NCBI GenBank assembly: GCA_947493455.1
Contig: CANLRB010000008.1
Span: forward strand, 23,173 to 87,172
Length of the DNA stretch: 64,000 nt
From: an uncultured Pseudoalteromonas sp.
GTDB taxonomy: Bacteria > Pseudomonadota > Gammaproteobacteria > Enterobacterales > Alteromonadaceae
Direction of reading: 5' to 3'
This document shows positions 22,870 to 32,342 of this stretch, piece by piece. Each line of letters begins with the position of its first letter. Position 1 is the stretch's first letter. The notes beneath the pieces were generated by a model. The model was not told where the DNA came from, ran no database searches, and saw only the letters and a program-made list of their open reading frames with translations. Position numbers and translations under genes: made by a program.

Positions 22870-24349
22870 GCAAATAAGCAAATTTAAGCGCTTGCCGTTT
22901 TCATTTGCAAAACGTTTTAGCGTGCTATTACAAGAGCAAGAAAACGGCTTAATGTTGAGTTATAGCGGCGAGCTAGCGCAGGAAGCCTTACTAGAAGTAA
23001 GACGCATTGCGCCAGGCACTTTTGCATACGAGCAATTGAGCCAAGAAGACTTTGAGCTTTTACTTGAAGCCGCTTATCAGCGCGATAGCTCGGAAACTCA
23101 GCAAATCATGGAAGATATTGGTAACGAAGTTGATTTGTTTTCGCTAGCTGAAGAATTACCACAAACAGAAGATTTGTTGGCAAGTGAAGACGATGCACCG
23201 ATTATTAAATTGATTAACGCCATGTTAGGTGAGGCGATCAAAGAAGGTGCATCAGATATTCACATCGAAACCTTTGAGCAAGAGCTGACTATACGTTTTC
23301 GCGTAGACGGTGTACTTAAAGAGGTATTATCGCCAAATCGTAAGCTCGCGTCGTTATTGGTTTCGCGTATCAAAGTTATGGCGAAACTTGATATTGCTGA
23401 AAAGCGAGTACCACAAGATGGCCGTATTAGTTTACGTATAGCGGGGCGCGCGGTTGATGTGCGTGTGTCGACAATGCCATCAAGCTTTGGTGAGCGTGTT
23501 GTATTACGTCTTCTTGATAAAAACAATGCACGCTTAAATCTGCTTGATTTGGGTATGGAAGAAGAAAATCGTAAAACGTTTGCCGGATTGATTCGTAAAC
23601 CTCACGGAATTATTTTGGTCACAGGCCCAACAGGTTCAGGTAAAAGTACCACCTTGTATGCGGGTATGACTGAAATAAACTCTCGCGATCGTAATATCCT
23701 CACCGTTGAAGATCCAATTGAATACGAAATCCCCGGTATCGGTCAAACGCAGGTCAACCCAAAAGTTGATATGACGTTTGCACGAGGGTTACGTGCTATT
23801 TTGCGTCAGGATCCCGATGTGGTAATGGTCGGTGAGATCCGTGATTTAGAAACCGCACAAATTGGTGTACAAGCATCATTGACCGGTCACTTAGTATTAT
23901 CTACATTGCATACAAATACTGCAGCAGGTGCAATAACGCGGATGGAAGATATGGGGGTCGAACCTTTCTTGCTTTCATCATCGCTATTAGGAGTGTTATC
24001 ACAACGCCTCGTACGTACCTTATGTAATGACTGTAAAGAGCCGCATTTAGCTGACGAACAAGAGTGTCATCTACTTGGCGTTGACGCCAAAAATGCACCT
24101 ATGATTTATCGTCCTAAAGGCTGCCCAGAGTGTAACCAAAATGGTTATCGTGGTCGAACCGGTATTCACGAATTGCTTGTTGTGGATGAAACCGTGCGCG
24201 AACTGATCCACAATGGTAAAGGCGAGCAAGCTGTTGAAAAATACGTGCGCCAGCACACCCCTAGTATTCGCCAAGATGGTTGTAAGCGAGTACTTGCCGG
24301 TCAAACTTCGCTTGAGGAAGTATTGCGAGTTACTCGCGAGGAAGGTTAG
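22862..24349 (+). CDS. gspE: Type II secretion ATPase GspE
   Basis: ATG at 22862 ([19 protein letters not shown]) has an 8-nt overlap with gspD. Walker [10 protein letters not shown]. Tetracysteine CNDC...CPEC. Confidence 0.96.
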   Translation: MTEQISKFKRLPFSFAKRFSVLLQEQENGLMLSYSGELAQEALLEVRRIAPGTFAYEQLSQEDFELLLEAAYQRDSSETQQIMEDIGNEVDLFSLAEELPQTEDLLASEDDAPIIKLINAMLGEAIKEGASDIHIETFEQELTIRFRVDGVLKEVLSPNRKLASLLVSRIKVMAKLDIAEKRVPQDGRISLRIAGRAVDVRVSTMPSSFGERVVLRLLDKNNARLNLLDLGMEEENRKTFAGLIRKPHGIILVTGPTGSGKSTTLYAGMTEINSRDRNILTVEDPIEYEIPGIGQTQVNPKVDMTFARGLRAILRQDPDVVMVGEIRDLETAQIGVQASLTGHLVLSTLHTNTAAGAITRMEDMGVEPFLLSSSLLGVLSQRLVRTLCNDCKEPHLADEQECHLLGVDAKNAPMIYRPKGCPECNQNGYRGRTGIHELLVVDETVRELIHNGKGEQAVEKYVRQHTPSIRQDGCKRVLAGQTSLEEVLRVTREEG

Positions 24350-24354
24350 TAAGA

Positions 24355-25575
24355 ATGGCTGCGTTTGAATATAAGGCGATTGATAGTCGCGGAAAAAATA
24401 AAAAGGGAATTTTAGAAGCTGATACGGCGAAGATTGTGCGCCAGATGCTGCGTGAACAAGGAATGACGCCATTAGAAATTAGTCAAGCCGCAGAGAGCGA
24501 ATCGAAAAGCTCTGGTTTGGTTGGTGATTTATTTAAGGCGAAAATATCGCCTGCTGACCTTGCCTTAATCACACGTCAGTTATCGACTTTAGTGCAATCA
24601 GCACTGCCAATTGAAGCGGCGGTATTAGCTGTCGCTGAGCAGTGTGAAAAACCTCGTTTGAAACGTATGTTGATGGCGGTGCGCTCAAAAGTTGTCGAAG
24701 GGTATAGTTTGGCTGAAGGGCTTGCAGAATTTCCGCATATATTTGACGATCTTTTTCGCGCTATGGTTGCAGCTGGTGAAAAATCAGGGCACTTAGATCA
24801 AGTACTTGACAGGCTCGCAGATTATACGGAACAAAGACAGCATATGCGCAGTCAAATAACACAGGCTATGGTTTATCCCATTATTTTAGTTGTGTTTGCG
24901 ATTGCAATTATTTCGATTTTATTGGGTACGGTTGTACCGACGATAATCAAAACGTTTGAGAAGTCGAAACAGGTATTGCCGTGGACTACTGAAACTGTCA
25001 TTACAGCCAGTCACTTTATTCAAAATTATTGGATGGTAACGTTGGTTGGTTTGATGGCCAGTGTGATTATGATTAAGAAAACACTGCAAAAGCCAAAAGC
25101 CCGTTATTGGTATGATACAAATCTGTTAAAGCTACCGTTAGTTGGCAAGGTGTCACGTGGTCTTAATACAGCACGTTTTGCGCGTACGCTCAGCATATTA
25201 TCGTCAAGTGCAGTCCCTTTGTTAGAGGGAATGCGGATCTCTGGGCAGGTACTTGCAAACCAACGGATTAAACAAGCAATTGAAGAGGCGGCAACAAAAG
25301 TGAGTGAAGGTGCGAGCTTAAAAGCGTCACTCGAACAAACTAAGCTGTTTCCTCCTATGATGTTGCATATGATTTCCAGTGGTGAAAAGTCGGGTGAGCT
25401 TGAGCAAATGCTGGAGCGTTCGGCAGATAACCAAGACCGTGAATTTGAAACTTTAGTGAGTGTCTCGTTAAAGTTGCTAGAGCCATTAATGATAGCGTTT
25501 ATGGCGGTTGTCGTAATGTTCATCGTAATGGCAATTTTACAACCTATTATGGCGATGAATAACGCAATAGGTTAA
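24355..25575 (+). CDS. gspF: Type II secretion inner-membrane platform protein GspF
   Basis: 406 aa with the duplicated GspF domain and 3 TM segments. Confidence 0.95.
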   Translation: MAAFEYKAIDSRGKNKKGILEADTAKIVRQMLREQGMTPLEISQAAESESKSSGLVGDLFKAKISPADLALITRQLSTLVQSALPIEAAVLAVAEQCEKPRLKRMLMAVRSKVVEGYSLAEGLAEFPHIFDDLFRAMVAAGEKSGHLDQVLDRLADYTEQRQHMRSQITQAMVYPIILVVFAIAIISILLGTVVPTIIKTFEKSKQVLPWTTETVITASHFIQNYWMVTLVGLMASVIMIKKTLQKPKARYWYDTNLLKLPLVGKVSRGLNTARFARTLSILSSSAVPLLEGMRISGQVLANQRIKQAIEEAATKVSEGASLKASLEQTKLFPPMMLHMISSGEKSGELEQMLERSADNQDREFETLVSVSLKLLEPLMIAFMAVVVMFIVMAILQPIMAMNNAIG

Positions 25576-25634
25576 TTTTCAACTAGGTACTTAATGTGAA
25601 GTACTATTTTTTATCTTTTAAATTGAGGTGTACC

Positions 25635-26063
25635 GTGAAAAAAGGGTCCGGATTCTCGTTGATTGAAATTATGGTTGTATTAGTGATTATGGGAATGATC
25701 ATGGCCGTAATTGCACCGAACATTATGGGTCAACAAGAAGAAGCAAAATTAGATAAAGCGCGTATCGACATACAGCGTTTAGAAGATGCAATGCGTCTTT
25801 ATAAGTTACAAAACAACCGTTACCCAACGACTGAGCAAGGTCTTGAAGCGTTAGTAACAGAAACTGACATTGAACCGTTACCTAAGCGTTTTCCTGACGG
25901 TGGTTATGTTGATGAATTACCACTTGATCCGTGGGATATGCCATATCAATTAGTTAGCCCTGGTGAAATTGGTAAAATTGATGTGTTTTCAATGGGTCCA
26001 GATCAGGAAGCTGGTACAGAAGATGATATCGGTAACTGGGATGAAGACGACCAAAACCGATAA
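25635..26063 (+). CDS. gspG: Major pseudopilin GspG
   Basis: GTG at 25635 after GAGGTG. Prepilin leader KKGSG/FSLIEIMVVLVIMG. The ORF-track N-terminal extension is rejected. Confidence 0.93.
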   Translation: MKKGSGFSLIEIMVVLVIMGMIMAVIAPNIMGQQEEAKLDKARIDIQRLEDAMRLYKLQNNRYPTTEQGLEALVTETDIEPLPKRFPDGGYVDELPLDPWDMPYQLVSPGEIGKIDVFSMGPDQEAGTEDDIGNWDEDDQNR

Positions 26064-26082
26064 TTGGGTTGGTTGAGTTAAC

Positions 26083-26655
26083 ATGAAAAGAAAGCAGCTA
26101 GGCTTTAGTTTAATTGAAGTATTGATGGTACTCGTAATTATTGCGTTTTCTATCAACTTGGTTGTCTATAGCCTAGGTGATAAAGATGTTGATGTGATTG
26201 AGCATGAAGCACTTAAAGTTCAGACTATGATTAATTTAGCGTCTGAATATGCGGTGCTCAATCAATTAGAGCTCGGCTTCCACCTCGATAAAAATACATT
26301 TGAGTTATTGATATTTGATGGTGAAAAGTGGGCTGCGTTAAGTGCTGATGATGTATTCACCGCACATGAGTTTAGCCCTTTAATTGAAGCTGAGTTGTTG
26401 CTCGACGATCTGCCTTGGTCTCGAGAGAATTTATTAGAGCAAGTAGACTGGCGTAGTTTACTTGATAGTGACGATGAAGAGAGCTTACTCGAGCTCGAAA
26501 AAATGAAAATTCCACAAGTATTATTACTTTCTTCCGGTGATGTCAGCCCCTTTGAGCTAGAACTAAAGCTCGTCGAAAAACCTGAAATTGATTACTTTAT
26601 ACAAGGTGAATTTATGGCGCCCGTTGCCTTACTTGCGGAGCGACCTGAGTCATGA
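26083..26655 (+). CDS. gspH: Minor pseudopilin GspH
   Basis: Prepilin N-terminus MKRKQLGFSLIEVLMVLVII. Confidence 0.88.
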   Translation: MKRKQLGFSLIEVLMVLVIIAFSINLVVYSLGDKDVDVIEHEALKVQTMINLASEYAVLNQLELGFHLDKNTFELLIFDGEKWAALSADDVFTAHEFSPLIEAELLLDDLPWSRENLLEQVDWRSLLDSDDEESLLELEKMKIPQVLLLSSGDVSPFELELKLVEKPEIDYFIQGEFMAPVALLAERPES

Positions 26656-27026
26656 TGCGTGAATTTGGTTTTACACTGATTGAAGTGATGATCGCAATGA
26701 CAATTTGTGCCCTAGTGGGTATTGCCGCGATGCAAGCGAGCGGTGATCATATTAATCACCTGACAATCATTGAACAACAACAATATGCAAGCTATGTAGC
26801 TGAAAATCAAGTTGTTGAAATGAATTTGGAAACACAATGGCCGCTGACCGACAAGAAAAAAGGCGATGAAGAACAGGCGGGCGTTAAATACTATTGGCAG
26901 CATCATGTTACAAAAACCACGATGAAAGATATGGTTGAAATTCAAGTAAAGGTCTTTAGTGATGAAGCACTTGAACATGAACTCTACTCGCTCACGAGTT
27001 TTCTCGCCAAGAGTCAGTCCCAATGA
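26652..27026 (+). CDS. gspI: Minor pseudopilin GspI
   Basis: N-terminus MMREFGFTLIEVMIAM. 4-nt overlaps on both sides. Confidence 0.88.
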   Translation: MMREFGFTLIEVMIAMTICALVGIAAMQASGDHINHLTIIEQQQYASYVAENQVVEMNLETQWPLTDKKKGDEEQAGVKYYWQHHVTKTTMKDMVEIQVKVFSDEALEHELYSLTSFLAKSQSQ

Positions 27027-27634
27027 TTATCAAGCAGCGCGGATTTACTCTAATAGAAGTACTTGTAGCCCTAGTGGTATTGGTATTTATTACATTTGCT
27101 AGCCATCAAATTTTAACAAGTGCGACGGATGCTAATGATGCGTCAGAATTAAAAACCCAAGAATTGGCGCAGCTTCATACGGCTTTTCGCTTGATGGATC
27201 AAGATTTTTCACAGTTAGCGCAACGTTTTACACGCAATGAATCCGGCGATAGATTAGAGCAATATTTTATTGCAGATCGCTTTTTATTTGATAGCCAATA
27301 TCATGGTGTTGCCTTGGTACGAGATGGTTGGAGTAACCCTGTGAGCTTGTTACCACGTAGTGAACTTCAACTCGTCAGTTATGTCGTTGAAGAGGATGCG
27401 CTGGTAAGAAAATACCGTGTTTATGTGGACGAACTCGATGATACAGAACCCCGTTCGCAAGTCTTATTAGAAGGGGTTGAAGACTTTAAATTAGAGTATC
27501 GCGACAAAGACGAAAAATGGCTCGAAACATGGACAGAGCAAGTGCCACCGCGCGCGCTTAAAGTACAATTAGTACTCGATAAACAACCGCCGATTACACG
27601 TTTATTTTTATTACCACAGGCGATGGCTCGATGA
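27023..27634 (+). CDS. gspJ: Minor pseudopilin GspJ
   Basis: N-terminus MIIKQRGFTLIEVLVAL. Confidence 0.88.
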   Translation: MIIKQRGFTLIEVLVALVVLVFITFASHQILTSATDANDASELKTQELAQLHTAFRLMDQDFSQLAQRFTRNESGDRLEQYFIADRFLFDSQYHGVALVRDGWSNPVSLLPRSELQLVSYVVEEDALVRKYRVYVDELDDTEPRSQVLLEGVEDFKLEYRDKDEKWLETWTEQVPPRALKVQLVLDKQPPITRLFLLPQAMAR

Positions 27635-28617
27635 AAAATGGCACACAGCGTGGAGCTGCTTTAATCGTTGTTTTATTTGTTGTCGCTTTGGCGGCAACCC
27701 TTGCCGTTGAAATGAACGCTCGTTTAATGGTGCAGGTACAAAAAAATTCAAATATTCAATTGTTTCAACAGGCTAAGTGGTATGCCTACGGCGCAGAAGC
27801 ACTCGCAAAACGAGTGCTTATTGAAACTAAAGAGAAAGATCCTGACATTATTAATTTAGAGCAAGCATGGGCGGAGGAAGAACGTACTTTTCCTGTAGAA
27901 GATGGTACTATTACGGGCAAAATTACAGATTTGCAAGCTTGTTTAAACTTAAATGCGCTGCGAGCAGAAGGCGAATCTGGCCAAGCGAGTAATATAAAAA
28001 ATCCAGCTCACACTGCGTTTTTAAATTTATTGAAAAAGGCTGAAGATTTACCGATCGAAGAAACGGAAGAATCGCTTGCTGATAGTCTGTACGATTGGCT
28101 TGATGAAGATAGTATCCCGAAAGGGCAGGGTGTTGAAGAAGGCGAGTATATGTCATATGAGTTGCCTTATTTAACCGCGAATCATTATATTGCCAGTGTC
28201 TCTGAGTTACGTGTTATTCGTGGTTTTAATCCACTCGTAATTGAACAATTGAGACCTTATTTATGTGCTTTGCCGCAAACTGATTTATTTGAAATAAACG
28301 TCAATACAATCCAAGCGGAGCAGGCACTATTACTCGCTGCCGTGCTTGATATTGATGAGTCAAGCGCAGAAAGGTTAATAGGTGAGCGCCCTGATGAGGG
28401 CTGGAAAGACAGTAACGCATTTATACAAGAAGCAAAACAAAATGGTGCAAAAAGCCTAAAAGATAAAGACGATAGGTTTGTTGTTACCAGTCGCTATTTT
28501 GAAATGGCAACAGTTGCAACGTTTGCAGAAAGTCGATTTGGCATGCGTTCAGTGTTGTATGTAGAAGAAAAAAATAAAATAACCGTACTGGCGCGAAGAT
28601 TTGGAGGCGTACAGTGA
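27631..28617 (+). CDS. gspK: Minor pseudopilin GspK
   Basis: N-terminus QRGAALIVVLFVVA; 328 aa; correct operon position. Confidence 0.88.
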   Translation: MKNGTQRGAALIVVLFVVALAATLAVEMNARLMVQVQKNSNIQLFQQAKWYAYGAEALAKRVLIETKEKDPDIINLEQAWAEEERTFPVEDGTITGKITDLQACLNLNALRAEGESGQASNIKNPAHTAFLNLLKKAEDLPIEETEESLADSLYDWLDEDSIPKGQGVEEGEYMSYELPYLTANHYIASVSELRVIRGFNPLVIEQLRPYLCALPQTDLFEINVNTIQAEQALLLAAVLDIDESSAERLIGERPDEGWKDSNAFIQEAKQNGAKSLKDKDDRFVVTSRYFEMATVATFAESRFGMRSVLYVEEKNKITVLARRFGGVQ

Positions 28618-29816
28618 ATGAAAAATTAATAATACGAGTCGGGCAAGACAGCAACGATAAAATATCGTGGTTAATATGGTCTGACAAAGAAGCTGATACT
28701 ATTGCCAGTGGCGAGCTTGATAACGCGGTGATGTTGAGTGATCTTGTTGAGAAAACGCAACGGCGCAATGTTGTTCTTCTCTTGCCTGCAAGTAAAGTGC
28801 AGTTAAAGCAAGTGTCGCTACCTGCAAAGTGGAGCCGAAAACTGATTAATGCGCTGCCATTTATGCTTGAAGAAGACATTGCCTCAGACATTGATGAAGT
28901 AGTGATATGTCATGGTCAAGCTCAATCGCACGATGGCAACCACTCTATAAATGTGGCAATTACAGAAGTTGAGTGGTTTGAGCAATGGCTGACAATTTTT
29001 AAGCAATTAGAAATCACGATAGATCAGGTTTTACCTGATGCTTTATTACTGCCGAATGTCGCAGATGAAAAAATCAGTGCAATTCAGCTTGGTGAAAATT
29101 GGTTAATGAGACAGGGACAATGGCAAATAGCGGAAGTAGAGCCAACCTGGCTGCCATTGTACTTGCAAGGTTGTCAAGATAAGGCGCTGGTACATTTTAG
29201 TCCCTGTGAGTTCGAAAATATTGAGTTAGAACATGACCTCAGTAGTTATGATTTACCGCTTGCTGTGTTTGCTAAACAACTTAATAATGAGCCTTTCACC
29301 ATGCTTCAAGGGAGTTATGCTCCTGTCAAAAAGTCATCGACACAGTGGTTGACGTGGCGTGCGCCGGCAATTGCCGCAAGTATTGCATTGGTATTTAGTT
29401 TATCGCTAAAGGGGTATCAACTTTATCAATTAGATTCGCAAGTTGCTGCAACCAAAGCAGAAGTTGTCGCAACCTATAAAAAAGCCTTTCCAAATCAAAA
29501 AGTGAGACCTCACTTACTTCGTAGCCAGCTTAAAAAGAAAGTTGCCGCTTTGGAACAAGGTGGTGAAGGAGGCTTTTTAGCGCTGTTAGAAACATTGTCG
29601 CCGACCTTTAAAAGTGTTGAGGGTTTTCAACCTGAATCAGTGCGCTTTGACGTAAAGCGTGGTGAAATTCGCTTACGTGCCAGCGCAAAAGACTTTCAAA
29701 GTTTTAATAAGGTTAAGCAGAGCTTAGAAGCGATGGCGCTGAGTGTTGAGCAGGGGTCATTGAATAATGCTGATGACGTGGTTGTTGGTGAGCTTAAGAT
29801 TAAGGGCAAGGTATGA
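28614..29816 (+). CDS. gspL: Type II secretion protein GspL
   Basis: 400 aa with one central TM segment. Position between gspK and gspM. Confidence 0.85.
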   Translation: MNEKLIIRVGQDSNDKISWLIWSDKEADTIASGELDNAVMLSDLVEKTQRRNVVLLLPASKVQLKQVSLPAKWSRKLINALPFMLEEDIASDIDEVVICHGQAQSHDGNHSINVAITEVEWFEQWLTIFKQLEITIDQVLPDALLLPNVADEKISAIQLGENWLMRQGQWQIAEVEPTWLPLYLQGCQDKALVHFSPCEFENIELEHDLSSYDLPLAVFAKQLNNEPFTMLQGSYAPVKKSSTQWLTWRAPAIAASIALVFSLSLKGYQLYQLDSQVAATKAEVVATYKKAFPNQKVRPHLLRSQLKKKVAALEQGGEGGFLALLETLSPTFKSVEGFQPESVRFDVKRGEIRLRASAKDFQSFNKVKQSLEAMALSVEQGSLNNADDVVVGELKIKGKV

Positions 29817-30283
29817 AACAATTAACTGAATCTTGGCAAAACTTAAAGCCTAATGAGCAACTGTTAATTAAAATCGCGGGCGCTGTTTTTGTTGTCTTTT
29901 TTATTCACTTTGCCATTTTTACGCCAATTAATAGTAAAATTGATAAAGCCGAAAAAGAACTTAAAAAACAACAAGATTTAGTTCAGTATGTTGCCGACAG
30001 TGTAGCAAAAATTAAAGCAAGTGGGCAGCGAGCGAATACATCGAATGCGAGCTTAACGCAAGTGATTAACCGCACGAGTGGTCGTTACCAGATTGGCATT
30101 AGTAAAATGCAGCCAAAGGACAATACTGTTCGCCTGACGTTAGAACAAGTAAAGTTTAACAACCTAGTTCAATGGTTAGAGCACTTAGTTTCAACGCAAG
30201 GTGTTGTCATTAATAGTATTGATATTAATAAAGCAGATGCCGGCGGTTTTGTTACTGTGAGTCGCCTTGTATTAGAGAAATAA
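29813..30283 (+). CDS. gspM: Type II secretion protein GspM
   Basis: 156 aa with an N-terminal TM segment; overlaps gspL. Confidence 0.85.
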   Translation: MKQLTESWQNLKPNEQLLIKIAGAVFVVFFIHFAIFTPINSKIDKAEKELKKQQDLVQYVADSVAKIKASGQRANTSNASLTQVINRTSGRYQIGISKMQPKDNTVRLTLEQVKFNNLVQWLEHLVSTQGVVINSIDINKADAGGFVTVSRLVLEK

Positions 30284-30284
30284 A

Positions 30285-31040
30285 ATGAAGAAGCTGTTTG
30301 GTTTAAGTATATTATTTATTGTCGCTTTCATGGTATTTTTAGTGGCTTTAATGCCTGCCTCAATTGCTTTGCAGTTGGCGTCAACGTATCTACCGAAGCA
30401 ATTACAAATAGGTGAAGTCGGTGGCACAATATGGCAAGGAAATGCGAGTGCTGTGCGCTATCAGCAACATACATTTAAAAAAGTAAACTGGGATATTACG
30501 CCACTGGGTTTATTAACGGGTTCTGTGAAAGGTGAATTCAAACTGGGTGCTGTGAGAGAATTTGATGCGCCTTATGGCAAAGGTTCGTTTACCTATGGCT
30601 TAACTGATAACGCGCTAGCACTCGATAATACACAATTACGTGCGCAAGCTGAGTCGGTCATCGCGGCGTTAAATTTGCCGATGCCACTTAAAACAAAGGG
30701 GCAAATTCAGCTTAATTTAGCAAGTGCTGCAACCGGAGAGCCGTATTGCGATGTACTAACAGGATCTATTAGAACTAATAATATTTCTGTGCAAGGGTTA
30801 CAAGGCTGGATTGATATTGAGCAGATTAACGGCAAATTATCTTGTAAAAGCGGCGCAGTTGCATTGAGTGTCACTGAAAAGAACCCATTGGGGCTGCAAT
30901 TAGAAGCGGAAATGGGTAAAGGCGGTGCGAAAGTATCGGGTTTTGTTAAACCTGATGCGACCATGCCAAAACAAGTCCATGATGCCGTTAAGTTTTTAGG
31001 CCGTCCTGATCAATCGGGTCGTTATCCTCTAAGGTTCTAA
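30285..31040 (+). CDS. gspN: Type II secretion protein GspN
   Basis: 251 aa with an N-terminal TM segment. Last canonical gsp gene. Confidence 0.8.
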   Translation: MKKLFGLSILFIVAFMVFLVALMPASIALQLASTYLPKQLQIGEVGGTIWQGNASAVRYQQHTFKKVNWDITPLGLLTGSVKGEFKLGAVREFDAPYGKGSFTYGLTDNALALDNTQLRAQAESVIAALNLPMPLKTKGQIQLNLASAATGEPYCDVLTGSIRTNNISVQGLQGWIDIEQINGKLSCKSGAVALSVTEKNPLGLQLEAEMGKGGAKVSGFVKPDATMPKQVHDAVKFLGRPDQSGRYPLRF

Positions 31041-31041
31041 T

Positions 31042-31629
31042 ATGAACAGTGCTGAATATACTACGAGTGAGCGAGCTCAGTTAGCTACTTGGCTAGAAGA
31101 TCCGTCACGCGCGGGTAATACGATGAGCATTGCTGAGCTGGAAGGTTTTTTATTTGCTCTCGTTTGTGCACCCGAGCCTATCCCTGAACAAGAGTGGCTC
31201 GCTGAAGTACTAAATCAAGGTGTTGAAAATCTAGAAGAAAGCGAGCTATTTGCGCTGATGGCGTTTCACAATGATGTAAGCAATCGGGTTTTTGAAACAG
31301 GTTATAAAGTGACGGATGTGATACCGATTGCCGATGAACCAGCCGCTAATTTTTTAGCAGATTCGATGCTACACTTGTGGTCGCTAGGCTTTGCGAAAGG
31401 TTTGGCATTTTTTATCGAGCCTGTGTTGAGTGCGCCTAATTTAGCGGATGAATTACGTGAAGCTTTGGTGATGACATTGGGTCATTTATGCTTTTTTTCA
31501 GATTTAGAAAACCCTGCGGAGCATGCTGAGGCGGTTCTGCCAACGCTCAATGATTTTACCTTAGGTTTTGCTGCATTAATCGAAACGGTTGTGCTGGATG
31601 CTGGCTTAGCAGGTGAAGACGACTGGTAA
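31042..31629 (+). CDS. UPF0149 (YgfB/YecA-N-like) family protein
   Basis: Acidic 195-aa protein with the family-typical MSIAELEGFLFALVCAPEPIPEQEWL segment. ATG lies 1 nt after the gspN stop, with AAGG 7 nt upstream. Confidence 0.6.
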   Translation: MNSAEYTTSERAQLATWLEDPSRAGNTMSIAELEGFLFALVCAPEPIPEQEWLAEVLNQGVENLEESELFALMAFHNDVSNRVFETGYKVTDVIPIADEPAANFLADSMLHLWSLGFAKGLAFFIEPVLSAPNLADELREALVMTLGHLCFFSDLENPAEHAEAVLPTLNDFTLGFAALIETVVLDAGLAGEDDW

Positions 31630-31649
31630 GTCAGTCGTCACTATTTTTG

Positions 31650-31850
31650 TTAATTCGTCTCTAGTTCGATACGTGTACAGCCCTGCTTGCAAGTCGCGAC
31701 GGCTGTCTTGCTATCATCATCGAAGGTGACTTGGATAAGCTGATTACAAGTCTCGCAAAGAACTTCTTTTCCTGCCAATATCGTTTTAAGTTGGCGCTTT
31801 TGTGAATTAAAAGACTGTGAAAATTTTTTGTTGAGTTGATCAAAGTCCAT
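31650..31850 (-). CDS. Small hypothetical protein with two Cys pairs (zinc-ribbon-like)
   Basis: 66 aa with CETC...CKQGC. Its start abuts the stop of the upstream 118-aa gene at 31850. Confidence 0.45.
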   Translation of the reverse strand: MDFDQLNKKFSQSFNSQKRQLKTILAGKEVLCETCNQLIQVTFDDDSKTAVATCKQGCTRIELETN

Positions 31851-32206
31851 TACTTTTTATACTCAGCTATTTTATTGCTAATCACTTTACATACCTGTCG
31901 TAAATCGTCGCCATAGAAATAACTATTTAACTCTCCCTGATCGCAAAAGCGTGATTTGAAGGCACTCATCGAATTGTTGGTTTTAAGTTGTTCTGCTAAA
32001 TGATCTTTTTGGTTTTGGCCTAAGCGCAGTTTATCTATGATCTCTCGGTATGCATGTTTGGCTGCTTGATCTCGCTTTATCTCTCCTGATTCGCTTAGCA
32101 TATTCATAAAGTTATCGAAAAACTTTTGTCGTGGTTTTGCTATGCTCGGGTGGTCGACACTGACCAAAATTAGAATAATAAGGACCAATAAGAAATAGTT
32201 TTTCAT
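31850..32206 (-). CDS. Hypothetical secreted protein
   Basis: 118 aa with signal peptide MKNYFLLVLIILILVSVDHPSIA and two Cys residues. Confidence 0.5.
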   Translation of the reverse strand: MKNYFLLVLIILILVSVDHPSIAKPRQKFFDNFMNMLSESGEIKRDQAAKHAYREIIDKLRLGQNQKDHLAEQLKTNNSMSAFKSRFCDQGELNSYFYGDDLRQVCKVISNKIAEYKK

Positions 32207-32342
32207 AATTTTTATAGCTTCTTTGATCTAGTTAGTGGTGATTATGGCTCTAGTTTAATAAAATGCGTTTAGTTAAGTAAAGGCTACACTTAATTTATTC
32301 CTGCAAGATATAAAATACTAGCCATTGTTATCCAGGGGCGTT

